64,000 nt of DNA from Anaerolineales bacterium (GCA_021463845.1 JAJTXV010000006.1:49089-113088); one strand, 5' to 3'. Counted from the first letter of the stretch, positions 52,066 through 62,051 are shown. Notes: generated by a model from the sequence alone, not told the origin. Translations and numbers: made by a program.

Positions 52066-54297
52066 ATGGCTGACCCAAACATCTACATTCCATCCGAGGG
52101 TGAATTTGCGCCCAGCCCGCTGGAGCGCTACCTGCCGCCCGTGCCGCGCGGCGTGGCGGCCCGCTGGCTGCAACAGCACGCCGCTCCTGGCGGCTGGGTA
52201 CTGGAGCCGTTCGGCGCTTCGCCCCACTGGGCGGTGGAAGCTGCCCGTGCCGGCTACCGCGTGCTGGTGGCCGCCAACAACCCGGTGGCGCGCTTCCTGC
52301 TTGAGATGCATGCCCAGCCGCCCAGCGCCGAGGCCCTGACCGCCGCCCTGGCGGCCCTGGGCGCCGCCCGCCGCGGCGACGAGCGCCTCGAACCCGCCAT
52401 CCTGGAGCTGTACCTGACCGAGTGCCCCAACTGCGCCGCGCAAGTGCCGGCCGAGGCCTTCATCTGGGAGCGCGAGGCGGCCGCGCCGCACGCCAAACTG
52501 CTGAATTGCAAGCAATGCGGCGTGCAAGGCGAATACCCGTGCGATGAGCACGACGCGGCCCGCGCCGCAGCCTACCCGCTAAGCGGACCAACCCTGTCGC
52601 GGGCGCTGGAGCGCATCGCCGCCAAAGACGACCCCGACCGCGAGCATGCCGAGGAAGCCTTGCAGGCCTACCTGCCGCGCGCCGCCTATGCACTCATCAC
52701 CATCATCAACCGTCTCGACAGTTTGGATACCGACCCAGCCGAACGGCGCTTACTCTCGGCCCTGCTGTTGAGCGCGTGCGACCGCGCCACCAAGCTGTGG
52801 GCGCACCCCAGTGGGCGCATGCGCCCGCGCCAGCTGAGCGCACCGCCCCAGTTCCGTGAGTACAACATCTGGTTCGAGATGGAACGCTCGATCGCGCTGT
52901 GGGCGCAGGACAGCGCGCCGCTGCCGGTGACCGAGTGGCCGGCCGCGCCGCCGGAAAGCGGCGGCATCTGCATCTACGAAGGCCGCATGCGTGACCTGGC
53001 AACCGAAATGCAAGACCTGCCGCTGGCCGCGGTGGCCGCCGCCGTGCCGCGGCCTGCGCCGGCGTTCTGGACGCTGTGTGCGTTGTGGGCTGGCTGGCTG
53101 TGGGGGCGCGAGGCGATCGGCCCGTTCGTGCTGGTGCTGCGCCGCCGCCGCTACGACTGGGCCTGGCACACCGAGGCACTACACGCGGCTTTCTCCGCAG
53201 TGGCTGAGCGCATGACGGAGAAGACGCCCTTGTTCGCTGTGCTGCCTGAAGGCGAGAGCGGCTTGCAGGCGGCCACGGCCGTGGCCGCAACGCTGGCCGG
53301 CCTGCGCATCCAGGCGCTGGCCTACCGCCACGCCGAGAGCGAGCTGCAGCTGACGTTGCGCAAAGGCGCGGCGCAGGAAGCGGCCGAGGCACAAGACGAA
53401 GCCATTCGCAGCGCAGCCCACTTTGTACTGAGCGGCCGCGGTCAACCCAGCGCGTACGACTACCTGCAGGCCGCCGCGCTCAACCTGCTCAACAAACAGG
53501 CCGGCATGGGCAGCGGGCAGACTGATCCGTCGGAGGTGTACACCCACACCCGCAAACAGATCGCCGCCGCATTAACCATGCACGGTGACTTTGTGCAGTA
53601 CGGCGGCAACCCCGATACGCCCGAAACGGGCGTCTGGTGGCCGGCCAACCCGCAGCAGCCGCGCGCCCCGCTGGCCGATCGGGTCGAGATCGCTGTCGTG
53701 CGCAGCCTGCTGCGCAGCCAGCCGCAAAGCACCCGCGCCCATGATGAGGCGCTGTGTGCCATCTTCCCGGGCTTGCTGACGCCGCACCCCGCCCTGCTGC
53801 AGGCTGCGCTGAGCTCCTATGCACAGAACGAGGATGGGCTGTGGCAACTGGCTGCCGAAGACCAGCCGCGCCAACGCCGCGCTGACCTGGTGGAGATGCG
53901 CGCTGCGCTGGTGATACTCGGCCAACAGCTGGGCTACGAAGTGCAGGAAGCGGAAGAGGACGGGCAAGCCGAGCCGCTGCGCTGGCTGCAAGGCGGCCAG
54001 GCGGTGCTGAACTTCTATGTAATCGCTTCAGCCTTGCTGGGTGAGGTGCTGCTGGGCGCCACGACGCCGGCGCATAATAGCTTGATCGTGCTGCCCGGCC
54101 GCCGCGCCCAGCTGGCGCTGTACAAGCTGGAGCGTGACCCGCGCCTGGCGCAAGCCGTCGAAGACGGCTGGCGCTTTCTCAAGTACCGCGCCGTGCGCCG
54201 CCTGCTGGCGGCTCAGGCGCTGACGCCCGACAGCATCGCCGACGCAGCCCGGCTGGACCCGCTCACTGAAGAGGCGCTGCAAGCGCCGCTGCTGTAG
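52066..54297 (+). CDS. large hypothetical protein with degenerate methyltransferase-like N-terminus and CxxC...CxxC zinc ribbon
   Basis: ATG at 52066 with SD ggtgggagg; 743 aa. VLEPFGASPHWAVEAARAGYRVLVAANNPVA (residues 45-75). CPNC...CKQC (residues 120-151). No confident family. Confidence 0.5.
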   Translation: MADPNIYIPSEGEFAPSPLERYLPPVPRGVAARWLQQHAAPGGWVLEPFGASPHWAVEAARAGYRVLVAANNPVARFLLEMHAQPPSAEALTAALAALGAARRGDERLEPAILELYLTECPNCAAQVPAEAFIWEREAAAPHAKLLNCKQCGVQGEYPCDEHDAARAAAYPLSGPTLSRALERIAAKDDPDREHAEEALQAYLPRAAYALITIINRLDSLDTDPAERRLLSALLLSACDRATKLWAHPSGRMRPRQLSAPPQFREYNIWFEMERSIALWAQDSAPLPVTEWPAAPPESGGICIYEGRMRDLATEMQDLPLAAVAAAVPRPAPAFWTLCALWAGWLWGREAIGPFVLVLRRRRYDWAWHTEALHAAFSAVAERMTEKTPLFAVLPEGESGLQAATAVAATLAGLRIQALAYRHAESELQLTLRKGAAQEAAEAQDEAIRSAAHFVLSGRGQPSAYDYLQAAALNLLNKQAGMGSGQTDPSEVYTHTRKQIAAALTMHGDFVQYGGNPDTPETGVWWPANPQQPRAPLADRVEIAVVRSLLRSQPQSTRAHDEALCAIFPGLLTPHPALLQAALSSYAQNEDGLWQLAAEDQPRQRRADLVEMRAALVILGQQLGYEVQEAEEDGQAEPLRWLQGGQAVLNFYVIASALLGEVLLGATTPAHNSLIVLPGRRAQLALYKLERDPRLAQAVEDGWRFLKYRAVRRLLAAQALTPDSIADAARLDPLTEEALQAPLL

Positions 54298-54298
54298 T

Positions 54299-54420
54299 TG
54301 TCATTCCGTACGAGCGGCGCAGCCGCGAGGAGGAATCCGTTAAGGGCCGTTTTGACGTGCAACAGATATGTTGACGCAAAAATACGTCAATACGGATTCC
54401 TCGCTGCGCTCGGAATGACA
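54299..54420. repeat. family-1 palindromic (MITE/REP-like) element
   Basis: Arms tgtcattccgtacgag...gaggaggaatccgtta / tacggattcctcgctgcgctcggaatgaca. Fills the gap between two convergent stop codons. Related to 39755-39888. Confidence 0.85.
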
Positions 54421-54427
54421 CTAGAGC

Positions 54428-57400
54428 CTACGGCGTTGCTGTAGGCTCAGGCGTGTTGGTGGGCGTAGCGCTGGGCGCGGAGGTGTTGGTCGCCGTGGGC
54501 GTGGCGGATGGCAAGGGTGTGACCGTTGGCGTAGCTGTTGGGATGGCGGTGGGCTCCGGCATGTCGTTGTAGATCACGATCTCATATTCGGCATAGGTGT
54601 TCTGCGTGCTATACATCGTCAGCCGCAACGAGAGCGCCCCGCGGGTGATCTCATCCATGCGCAGGGTGTAGACCCGCTCCTGCTGGGGGATGGGCGTGTT
54701 GCTGGCGGCCAACTCTTCCCAATCATGATCGTCCGGGTTGGTGCCACGCGCCCACTCCAGTACATAGCGCTGGAAGTTCTGCGTGGCATCGGCGCGCACC
54801 ACCACCTGCACTTCGTGCTGGTTGAAGTGCTCGCCGTCGTTGGGCAGAATGATGTCAAGCAGCGGGCGCGGGTCGGTATCGCGGCATTCACGCAGCGGCG
54901 AGAAATAGATCGGGTCGTCAAACCCGTTGGCCTCGGCCCAGCTGCGGCCCTGGCTGGTTTGGGTCAGCCACTTGATCGCCCAGGGGTCTTTGACGTTCAA
55001 GCCAAAGCGCTCCTCGGTGAAGCGCGTGCCGCACGCGCCCGAGGCTTCCAGCCCGGTCCAGGTATCGGCCAGAATGTCCTGCCATAGGTCATTGTCGGCA
55101 TCGGCCGGGGGCTGGTCCACCGCGAAGTATTCGCGGCGCTGGTCATCGCAGTACTGCGAGGGCTCCGCGCCGGAGAGCGTGCAAATGATCTTCTCTTCAA
55201 TGCCGGCCGGGCGCACAAAACCGCTCGGGTTGCCGCCAGTGAGGTAGTTGACCGCTTCCTGCATGAATTCGGCCCAGATGGGCGCCGCGCCGCTGAGGCC
55301 GCTGGTGCCCTGCATCTCGGTATTGTCCGGGTTGCCCACCCACACGCCCACCGCCACATCCGGGGTGTAGCCCATGGTCCAGTTGTCGCGGAAGTCAGTG
55401 GTGGTGCCGGTCTTGGCCGCCACGGGGAACGGCAGATTGAGCAGCGAATTGTTGCCGAACATGGGCGCCCGCGCCTGGTTGTCCGACATGATGGAGCTGA
55501 TCAGGAAGGCGTGCTCCTCACGGATCACCTGCGCATTGGTGGGCTGTGGGGCTTCGTAGATGACGTTGCCTTGGAAATCGGTGATACGCGTGATCGCCAC
55601 CGGGGTGACGGCGCGGCCCTGATTGGCGAAGATGGCATACGCATTGGTGAGGTCCAGCAACTTCACCTCACCGCCGCCCAGGGTCAGAGCGAGGCCGTAT
55701 TGGTCGCTCTCCAGGTCGGTGATACCAATGCGGTGGGCGAAGGCCACCAGGCCCTCTTCCTCCGGCGTGTCCGGGTTGTCGTAGATGCCCACGAAATCGA
55801 GCGCCTTGACCGCCGGCACGTTATAGGAATTGGCCAGGGCCGAGCGCACGGTCACGGGGCCGTGGAAGCGTTCATCGTAATTCTGTGGAATATATGGCGG
55901 GCGCGTGTCCGTGGCCAAACCGGAAGGCGGGAACTCGGACTCGACGTCCCAGATCAGCGTGGAAGCGGTCCAACCTTTTTCAAAGGCGGCCACGTAGGTG
56001 AGCGGCTTGATGGAAGAGCCCGGCTGGCGCGGCGAGACGGCCATGTTGATCTGGCCGTCAATGGCTTCATTATAGAAGTCAGCCGAGCCGACCATCGCCA
56101 AGATGTGGCCGTCGCTGGGGCGCATGGCCACCAGCGCCCCGCTGCCCACATTGCGGTCCTGCAGGCTGGCGATGTGTTCGCTGACCGTGTCCTGCGCCAT
56201 GTCCTGCAGCTCAGGGTCTAGCGTGGTGTGGACGGTGAAGCCGGAGCGGTAGATGGTCTGCGGGTCGTACTGGGCTTCCAGCAGCGAGCGAATGTAGTGC
56301 ACCCAATGCGGGTAACGGATCTCCACGCCCGGTTGGTTGAAGCGATAGTCCAGCATTTCCAGGCCGGCGGTGGCAGCCTCATCGAGCGAGACGCACACGC
56401 GCTCGGGGCTGTTGCTGACATAGATGCAGCCGGCTTCGGCGCTGAGAGCATAAATGAGGCGCAGCACGTACTGCTGGCGGCCGAGGGCGGCCTCACGGTT
56501 GGTGTAGACATCGTATACCGATGGCGACTGTGGGAGACCAGCCAGGAAGGACGCCTGCGCCAGGGTCAGTTCACTGGCCGAAGTGCCGAAGTAGGTCTCG
56601 GCAGCGGCTTCCACGCCGTAGGCCAGATTGCCGAAGTAAATTTCGTTGAGATACAGCTCGAGGATCTCGTCCTTGGAGTAGCGGCGGGTGATCTCTGCCG
56701 CCAGGATGGCTTCGCGCACTTTGCGAATATAGGTGCGCTGCGAGGCTTCCTCCGGCGAGAACAGCAGCATGCGCGCCAGCTGCTGGGTGATGGTCGACGC
56801 GCCGGAGACGATCTCGCCATCCGCCCGGTTTTGGAAATAGGCCCGCGCAATTGACATGACATTGAAGCCAGGGTGATTGTAGAACTCCTTGTCCTCGGCG
56901 GCGATGGTCGAGGCCAGCATGTAGGGTGAAATTTCGGCCAGGGGCACATAGCTGCGGCGGCCTGCATTGGGGTCAAGGATCTCGTAGAGCAGGTTACCGT
57001 CGGCATCCAGGATGCGGGTGGTCTCAAACTGCGAGGTGCGGTCGTGCAGATCGGCCACGGAAGGCAGGCTGGATGCGATGACGTAGTACTCGTAGAAAGC
57101 GAACGCCAGGCTGGCCATGGCCAGCAGGATGGCGGCGATGCCGCCATAGATGAGCACGCGCGGCAGGCAGCCCATGCGGCCCACCCGCCCCCACCATTGC
57201 TTGAAGCGCGAGCCGCCGCCGTTGCCGGCGCCACTGGCCGCCGTGCGGCCCGTGGCGCTGAATGCAGAGCGGCTGACGCGGGTGGCCTCGGGGTCGACTT
57301 CGGCCACGCGGCGCGGCAGCGGCATGCCGAACTCGTCCATGGCCGGGCGCGGCCCGGAAGGCGTGTGGCCCAATGGCGGCGGAGCGGGCGTGAAATCGCC

Positions 57401-57670
57401 CACGGGTTCAAAAATAGTGGGGGCCTCATCCGGAGATACTTCGCCACCGGCCGCCAGACCAGCGCGGCTGGCAGGCAGCAGCACGCCGGGATTGACGGGC
57501 ATGGGACGGCTGGGCTGGGTATCGCTCAGGTCTGGGTTGCTGCCTGCCGGCTGAGCGCCAACGGAGTGCGCGCCCGAAGCCGAGAGACGGCGGAAGCGGT
57601 CGGTGGCGCCTTCGTCGCGGTGCTGCTTCTCCGGGGGCTGGGTTGGGTCTTCGGGCAGGCTGCCAGGCAT
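54428..57670 (-). CDS. class A penicillin-binding protein (transglycosylase/transpeptidase) with long N- and C-terminal extensions
   Basis: 1080 aa; GT51 motifs (EDKEFYNHPG, GASTITQQLAR); transpeptidase SSIKP, KTGTT; about 170-aa disordered N-tail; PT-rich C-terminus. Confidence 0.9.
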   Translation of the reverse strand: MPGSLPEDPTQPPEKQHRDEGATDRFRRLSASGAHSVGAQPAGSNPDLSDTQPSRPMPVNPGVLLPASRAGLAAGGEVSPDEAPTIFEPVGDFTPAPPPLGHTPSGPRPAMDEFGMPLPRRVAEVDPEATRVSRSAFSATGRTAASGAGNGGGSRFKQWWGRVGRMGCLPRVLIYGGIAAILLAMASLAFAFYEYYVIASSLPSVADLHDRTSQFETTRILDADGNLLYEILDPNAGRRSYVPLAEISPYMLASTIAAEDKEFYNHPGFNVMSIARAYFQNRADGEIVSGASTITQQLARMLLFSPEEASQRTYIRKVREAILAAEITRRYSKDEILELYLNEIYFGNLAYGVEAAAETYFGTSASELTLAQASFLAGLPQSPSVYDVYTNREAALGRQQYVLRLIYALSAEAGCIYVSNSPERVCVSLDEAATAGLEMLDYRFNQPGVEIRYPHWVHYIRSLLEAQYDPQTIYRSGFTVHTTLDPELQDMAQDTVSEHIASLQDRNVGSGALVAMRPSDGHILAMVGSADFYNEAIDGQINMAVSPRQPGSSIKPLTYVAAFEKGWTASTLIWDVESEFPPSGLATDTRPPYIPQNYDERFHGPVTVRSALANSYNVPAVKALDFVGIYDNPDTPEEEGLVAFAHRIGITDLESDQYGLALTLGGGEVKLLDLTNAYAIFANQGRAVTPVAITRITDFQGNVIYEAPQPTNAQVIREEHAFLISSIMSDNQARAPMFGNNSLLNLPFPVAAKTGTTTDFRDNWTMGYTPDVAVGVWVGNPDNTEMQGTSGLSGAAPIWAEFMQEAVNYLTGGNPSGFVRPAGIEEKIICTLSGAEPSQYCDDQRREYFAVDQPPADADNDLWQDILADTWTGLEASGACGTRFTEERFGLNVKDPWAIKWLTQTSQGRSWAEANGFDDPIYFSPLRECRDTDPRPLLDIILPNDGEHFNQHEVQVVVRADATQNFQRYVLEWARGTNPDDHDWEELAASNTPIPQQERVYTLRMDEITRGALSLRLTMYSTQNTYAEYEIVIYNDMPEPTAIPTATPTVTPLPSATPTATNTSAPSATPTNTPEPTATP

Positions 57671-57676
57671 GATGGG

Positions 57677-58144
57677 CTAGTTAGGACGGCTGAGGAACAG
57701 CGCGGTCCACACGCCTTTCATCAAAGTTTCGCCAGTTTGGTTCTTGAGCTCGACTTGCAGATTAATGGAGCCGCCGCCAATGCGCGGCAGGGCCTTGGTG
57801 ACCAGCACCTCGGTCTCCACATGCACCGTGTCGCCAATGAAGATGGGCTTGATGAACTTCCACTCAGTGATCTCGCGGAAGGCCATGATGGTGCCGGACA
57901 TGATGCCGGTCTGCACGATCAGGCCGGAGGCGAAGGACAGGCCCAGCAGACCGTGGCCCACGCGGGCACCGAAGGGTGTGGTCTTGCTGTATTCGGCGTC
58001 TACATGAATTTGGTTAAAGTCACCGGTCAGGCCGGCGAACATGACGATGTCGGTTTCAGTGACGGTGCGGCCCGCGGTAGCCAGCTTCTGGCCCACCTCA
58101 AAATCCTCAAAGTACATGCCGCGTACGGCTGCTTCTGCGCTCAT
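57677..58144 (-). CDS. MaoC-like (R)-specific enoyl-CoA hydratase/dehydratase
   Basis: 155 aa; hotdog fold with FAGLTGDFNQIHVD motif. Lies 6 nt upstream of the PBP gene. Confidence 0.85.
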   Translation of the reverse strand: MSAEAAVRGMYFEDFEVGQKLATAGRTVTETDIVMFAGLTGDFNQIHVDAEYSKTTPFGARVGHGLLGLSFASGLIVQTGIMSGTIMAFREITEWKFIKPIFIGDTVHVETEVLVTKALPRIGGGSINLQVELKNQTGETLMKGVWTALFLSRPN

Positions 58145-58278
58145 TAACGTCCTCCAGCTGGCTGTGATGTAAGCTCTGGAGCGATTCTAGCATATGGCGC
58201 CTGCCAGCACTCGCGGCCTGCTTTTGTTAAACTAGGCATGCTATTTTGAACGATATTAAGCCCAGGCTTGTTCCCCAT

Positions 58279-59406
58279 ATGCGTGCATTTGCCCTTCTAC
58301 TTATCGTGTTGGCCCTGGTGGGCTGCAACTACCCCACCAGCCCGGCGGTGGTGACGCCGCCCACGGCGCAGCCCAGCCCTACACCGGCGCCCACTGAGGC
58401 GCCGCGCGTGCTGCCCCACGCGCTGTACTTCCTGAGCGAGCGCGAAGGCAGCACCGCCATCTGGCGCCTGGCGGTGGATGGCGTGAGCCTGCAGCGCCTG
58501 ACCAATGAAAGCGAGCCAGTGGACGAATACGACGTAGCCAGTGACGGCACGCTGGTGTATCGCATCCAAAATCGTGTGTATCTATACAACCCGACCAGCG
58601 CGCAAGCGCTGGTAGACAATGCCAGCGCCGACGCCAGCGAGCCGAGCTTCGCCTACCTCGAAGCCGTGCGCGCCCCGCGCCTGGCGCCCAATGGTGCCAC
58701 GCTGGCCTACGCCCAGGGCGGCGTGTGGCTGTTCGATCTGGCCAGCGGCAATTCCCTGCGCGTTCTGGAGAACGTGATCGAAAGCGAAGACGACAGCATT
58801 ACGCCGGTGGAGCTGTACGCCCCGGTGAGCTGGTCGCCAGATGGCTTGCAGCTGCTGATCTCCATTGCTACGCCGGAAGGCAGCGGTCTGGGTGTCTGGG
58901 ATGTGCGCAGCGAGAGCTTTACGCGCCTGCAGGGCGAAGCCGTGCTGTGCTGCCAAGCTGCCTGGGCAGCCGACAGCCAAAGCCTGCTGCTGGCCAGCGC
59001 AGCGCTGGGCCTGGTGGAGCCCGGCCTGTGGCGCTACGACGCGGCCAGCGGCGAAGCCACGACGCTGATCGAAACCCAGGCCGAGGATGCCTATCACTTC
59101 GTGGGCTGGCCGCTGCAGCTGCCCAACGGCGACCTGCAGTATTTCTACGCCAGCGCAGCCGAGATCCACGATGCCGACCTGCCGCTGTACATGGTGCGCT
59201 CGGCGGCGGATGGCGCCGGCGGGCGCAGCCAGATGCGTGACGACGCCTTCAGCCTGCGCGAGGCGCTGTGGGCTGCCGACGGCAGCCTGGCGCTGGTGGC
59301 GCAAGCCGCCCCCAGCGACGCCGGGCCGGTCGTGCTGGCCTATGCCGACGGCCGCCCGCTGCAGGTGCTGGTGGATTTTGGCTATGAATTAAAGTGGGGC
59401 GAGTAG
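58279..59406 (+). CDS. lipoprotein with TolB-like beta-propeller repeats
   Basis: ATG at 58279 gives MRAFALLLIVLALVGC (lipobox). Repeated SPDG/APNG..LAY-type propeller blades. TTG at 58246 is an alternative start. Confidence 0.5.
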   Translation: MRAFALLLIVLALVGCNYPTSPAVVTPPTAQPSPTPAPTEAPRVLPHALYFLSEREGSTAIWRLAVDGVSLQRLTNESEPVDEYDVASDGTLVYRIQNRVYLYNPTSAQALVDNASADASEPSFAYLEAVRAPRLAPNGATLAYAQGGVWLFDLASGNSLRVLENVIESEDDSITPVELYAPVSWSPDGLQLLISIATPEGSGLGVWDVRSESFTRLQGEAVLCCQAAWAADSQSLLLASAALGLVEPGLWRYDAASGEATTLIETQAEDAYHFVGWPLQLPNGDLQYFYASAAEIHDADLPLYMVRSAADGAGGRSQMRDDAFSLREALWAADGSLALVAQAAPSDAGPVVLAYADGRPLQVLVDFGYELKWGE

Positions 59407-59427
59407 CACAGCAGAACTACATATAGT

Positions 59428-59459
59428 AAAAAGCCATCGGTTCACGATGGCTTTTTTTA
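59428..59459. terminator. bidirectional rho-independent terminator
   Basis: aaaaagccatcg gttca cgatggcttttttt between convergent genes. Confidence 0.85.
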
Positions 59460-59981
59460 TTACTCAGTCAGTTTGCGATAGGCCCGGTTGAAATAGACCA
59501 GCGGTTGGCGCCCGTCGCCAGCCGGGGCACCCGCCGCCAGCACTTCACTGATGAAGATCGTGTGAGTGCCTGCGTCGTGAGTGACCGAAACGCGGCAGTC
59601 AAAGTAAGCGATCGCCTCTTGCAGTAGCGGGCTGCCAGTCTCCAGCGTGAAGATGTTCACGCCCTCAAAGCGGTCGCTTTGCTCGCTTTCGCGCCCGGCG
59701 AAGCGGTTGGAGAGCTCCTGCTGGCCGGCCGCCAGGATGCTGACGCCAAAGCGGCCTGCCTGCATCACCAGCTGATGCGTGCGGGTGGCCTTCTCCAACG
59801 AGATCGAAACCAGCGGGGGCTCCAGCGAAAGTGAAGTGAACGAGTTGACGGTCATACCGTGCTGGCTGCCCTGGTGGCTGGCAGTCACCACGGTAACGCC
59901 AGTGGTCCAGAAGCGCAGAACATCTTTAAGTTGGTCAGGGCTGGGGCGCAAAATGGCGCCAGGCTGAGTTTGCTGCTGCAT
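59460..59981 (-). CDS. flavin reductase family protein (split-barrel FMN-binding)
   Basis: 173 aa; FWTTGVTVVTA...GMTVNSFTSLSLEPPLVSISL. Confidence 0.85.
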   Translation of the reverse strand: MQQQTQPGAILRPSPDQLKDVLRFWTTGVTVVTASHQGSQHGMTVNSFTSLSLEPPLVSISLEKATRTHQLVMQAGRFGVSILAAGQQELSNRFAGRESEQSDRFEGVNIFTLETGSPLLQEAIAYFDCRVSVTHDAGTHTIFISEVLAAGAPAGDGRQPLVYFNRAYRKLTE

Positions 59982-60010
59982 GGGGAGATTGTAACGCTGT
60001 GCAGGGCCAA

Positions 60011-60056
60011 TCTGTCATTGCGAGGCGCAGGCTTGCCTGTGCACGAAGCAATCTGG
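60011..60056. repeat. family-3 repeat copy
   Basis: Matches 23576-23621 at 45 of 46 positions; contains the internal hairpin gcgcagg cttg cctgtgc. Confidence 0.85.
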
Positions 60057-60130
60057 AACTCATACCCCTTCGTTGCAACCCTTGTGCCAGCGCCAAAAAG
60101 CTATTGGAACACCACCTGATTCGGGGTAGC

Positions 60131-60964
60131 ATGGTTTTCCTTATGCTGCAAGACGACCTTCCGTCTGAGATCAACGAGCCCGGCTTCAGCGAGCCCGCCC
60201 CGCGGCGCCAACGGCCGCGGCGCGCCAGCATGAACGTGTTCGGCCAACTCACCAGCATCCTGGCGATCAGCGCCGTGCTGGCCACCTTGTTCACCGCCTT
60301 CACGCCGCTGGGTCTGCTGCCGGCTGGCTTAACCGAGTGGGTCGCGGAGCAGTTGAGCGGCGGCAGCGTGGCAGGCAGCAACTTCCCCACGCCCACCCCG
60401 CGCCCGCGGCCAGTCATCGGTATCGTCGCCGGCCACTGGGGCAACGACTCGGGAGCGGTGTGCAGCGATGGCCTGACCGAAGTGGAAGTCAACCTGGATG
60501 TAGCCACCCGCGTGCAGCAAAAGCTGACCGACGCCGGCTTTGATGTCGACCTGCTGCAGGAGTACGACGACCGCCTGCAGGGCTACAACGCTCTGGTGCT
60601 GGTCTCGATCCATGCAGATACCTGCGAATACATTGACGACAACGCCACCGGCTTCAAGGTAGCCTCCTCGCTGGCCAGCAGCGCGCCGGAGAAAGCGCAG
60701 CGTCTCGTGGCCTGCATCAGCAACCGTTACCAAAGCGCCACGGGCATGCGCTATCACCCGGCCAGCATCACCGCTCACATGAGCAACTATCACACCTTCA
60801 ACGAGATCCACCACGACACCACTGCGGCCATCATCGAAACCGGCTTCCTGAACCTGGACCGCCAAATGCTGACCCAGAACTCGGATGGCGTGGCGGACGG
60901 CATCGCCCGCGGCGTGCTCTGCTACATCTATAACGAGAGCGCCACCTCGCCGGAGGGCAACTAG
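60131..60964 (+). CDS. N-acetylmuramoyl-L-alanine amidase (Amidase_3 family)
   Basis: ATG at 60131; TM anchor, then IGIVAGHWGNDSGAV...EVNLDVA...LVSIHADT...ETGFL pattern. Confidence 0.8.
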   Translation: MVFLMLQDDLPSEINEPGFSEPAPRRQRPRRASMNVFGQLTSILAISAVLATLFTAFTPLGLLPAGLTEWVAEQLSGGSVAGSNFPTPTPRPRPVIGIVAGHWGNDSGAVCSDGLTEVEVNLDVATRVQQKLTDAGFDVDLLQEYDDRLQGYNALVLVSIHADTCEYIDDNATGFKVASSLASSAPEKAQRLVACISNRYQSATGMRYHPASITAHMSNYHTFNEIHHDTTAAIIETGFLNLDRQMLTQNSDGVADGIARGVLCYIYNESATSPEGN

Positions 60965-60965
60965 C

Positions 60966-61997
60966 ATGGCTGCGGCTGCCTGGCACGCGCTGTGTGTCGA
61001 GGCCCGCGCCGCCCTGGCGGCCGGCCGCAAGCCTGAGGCGCGCCGCCTGGCGCGCCAGGCCGCCAAGCTGGCCCCGCAGCAGGAGGAGCCCTGGCTGCTG
61101 TTGGCCGCCATGGCTACCCCGGCTGCCAGCCTGGCCTATCTAAAAGAAGCGCTGCGTATCAACCCGCGCTCCACCCGGGCGCGCAAGGCCCTCCAGTGGG
61201 CGCAGGCGCGCACCGATGGCAAGCAGCCCGCCCGCGTCCAAGCCGCTGCCAAGGACGGCAAGCCTGCACTAGCGCTGCCACGTATCCGCGATCTGCGCCT
61301 CAACAGCCTGGCCCTGATGGCGCTGGCGGCCGGCACGGTGGCGTTCGCGCTGTTCGCCTGGCTGCGCCCGCCCGGGCTGGATGACGGCCTGCGTTTCGTC
61401 AGCGCGGCCGCCGCCCACAGCATTGACGGTCTGCTGGCCACCAGTACGCCCACGGAAACGGCCACGCCGACCACCAGCAGCACACCCACCGCGACCCACA
61501 CGCCCACTCACACCGCTACGCCCAGCGCTACGCCTTCCCCCACGCCCACGCTGACGCCCAGCCCCACGGCCACCGCCACCATCGGCGCGGATGTGAGCGG
61601 GCTGGAGAAACATTTCGTCGAGCTGCCGCGCGGGGTTGGCCCCAACGAGCGCTGGATCGATGTCAACCTCACCAACCAAACCCTCGAAGCCTACGAGGGC
61701 AGCACGCTGGTGCGCAGCTTTGTGATCTCCAGCGGGCGGGCCGGCTCGCCCACCGTGACCGGCCAATTCAAGATCTGGATCAAAGTACGCATCCAGGATA
61801 TGTCCGGCCCTGGCTATTACATTCGCGATGTGCCCTGGGTAATGTACTTCTACGGCGACTACGGCATCCACGGCACTTGGTGGCACAACAACTTCGGCAC
61901 ACCCATGAGCGCCGGCTGCGTGAACATGACGGTGGAAGACTCCCAGTGGATGTACAACTGGGCCAGCGTCGGCACTACCGTACAAGTGCACTACTAG
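60966..61997 (+). CDS. L,D-transpeptidase (YkuD domain) with N-terminal TPR-like region and TM
   Basis: ATG at 60966, 2 nt after the amidase stop. C-terminal IDVNLTNQTLEAYEG...YGIHGT...SAGCVNM catalytic His/Cys motif. Confidence 0.8.
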   Translation: MAAAAWHALCVEARAALAAGRKPEARRLARQAAKLAPQQEEPWLLLAAMATPAASLAYLKEALRINPRSTRARKALQWAQARTDGKQPARVQAAAKDGKPALALPRIRDLRLNSLALMALAAGTVAFALFAWLRPPGLDDGLRFVSAAAAHSIDGLLATSTPTETATPTTSSTPTATHTPTHTATPSATPSPTPTLTPSPTATATIGADVSGLEKHFVELPRGVGPNERWIDVNLTNQTLEAYEGSTLVRSFVISSGRAGSPTVTGQFKIWIKVRIQDMSGPGYYIRDVPWVMYFYGDYGIHGTWWHNNFGTPMSAGCVNMTVEDSQWMYNWASVGTTVQVHY

Positions 61998-62051
61998 CCC
62001 ATCTTATAAATCGCTAACAGCAAAGCCCCGCCAGCTTGAGTAAGATAGGGC

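Noticed and set aside
51065-54297. Alkaline-phosphatase-fold protein next to a methyltransferase-like protein, a pairing reminiscent of the BREX components PglZ/PglX
   Set aside because: The 307-aa protein looks like a small iPGM/phosphopentomutase-type metalloenzyme rather than PglZ. The methyltransferase motifs are degenerate. None of the other BREX components (BrxA/B/C, BrxL, PglY) is nearby. The composition is native.
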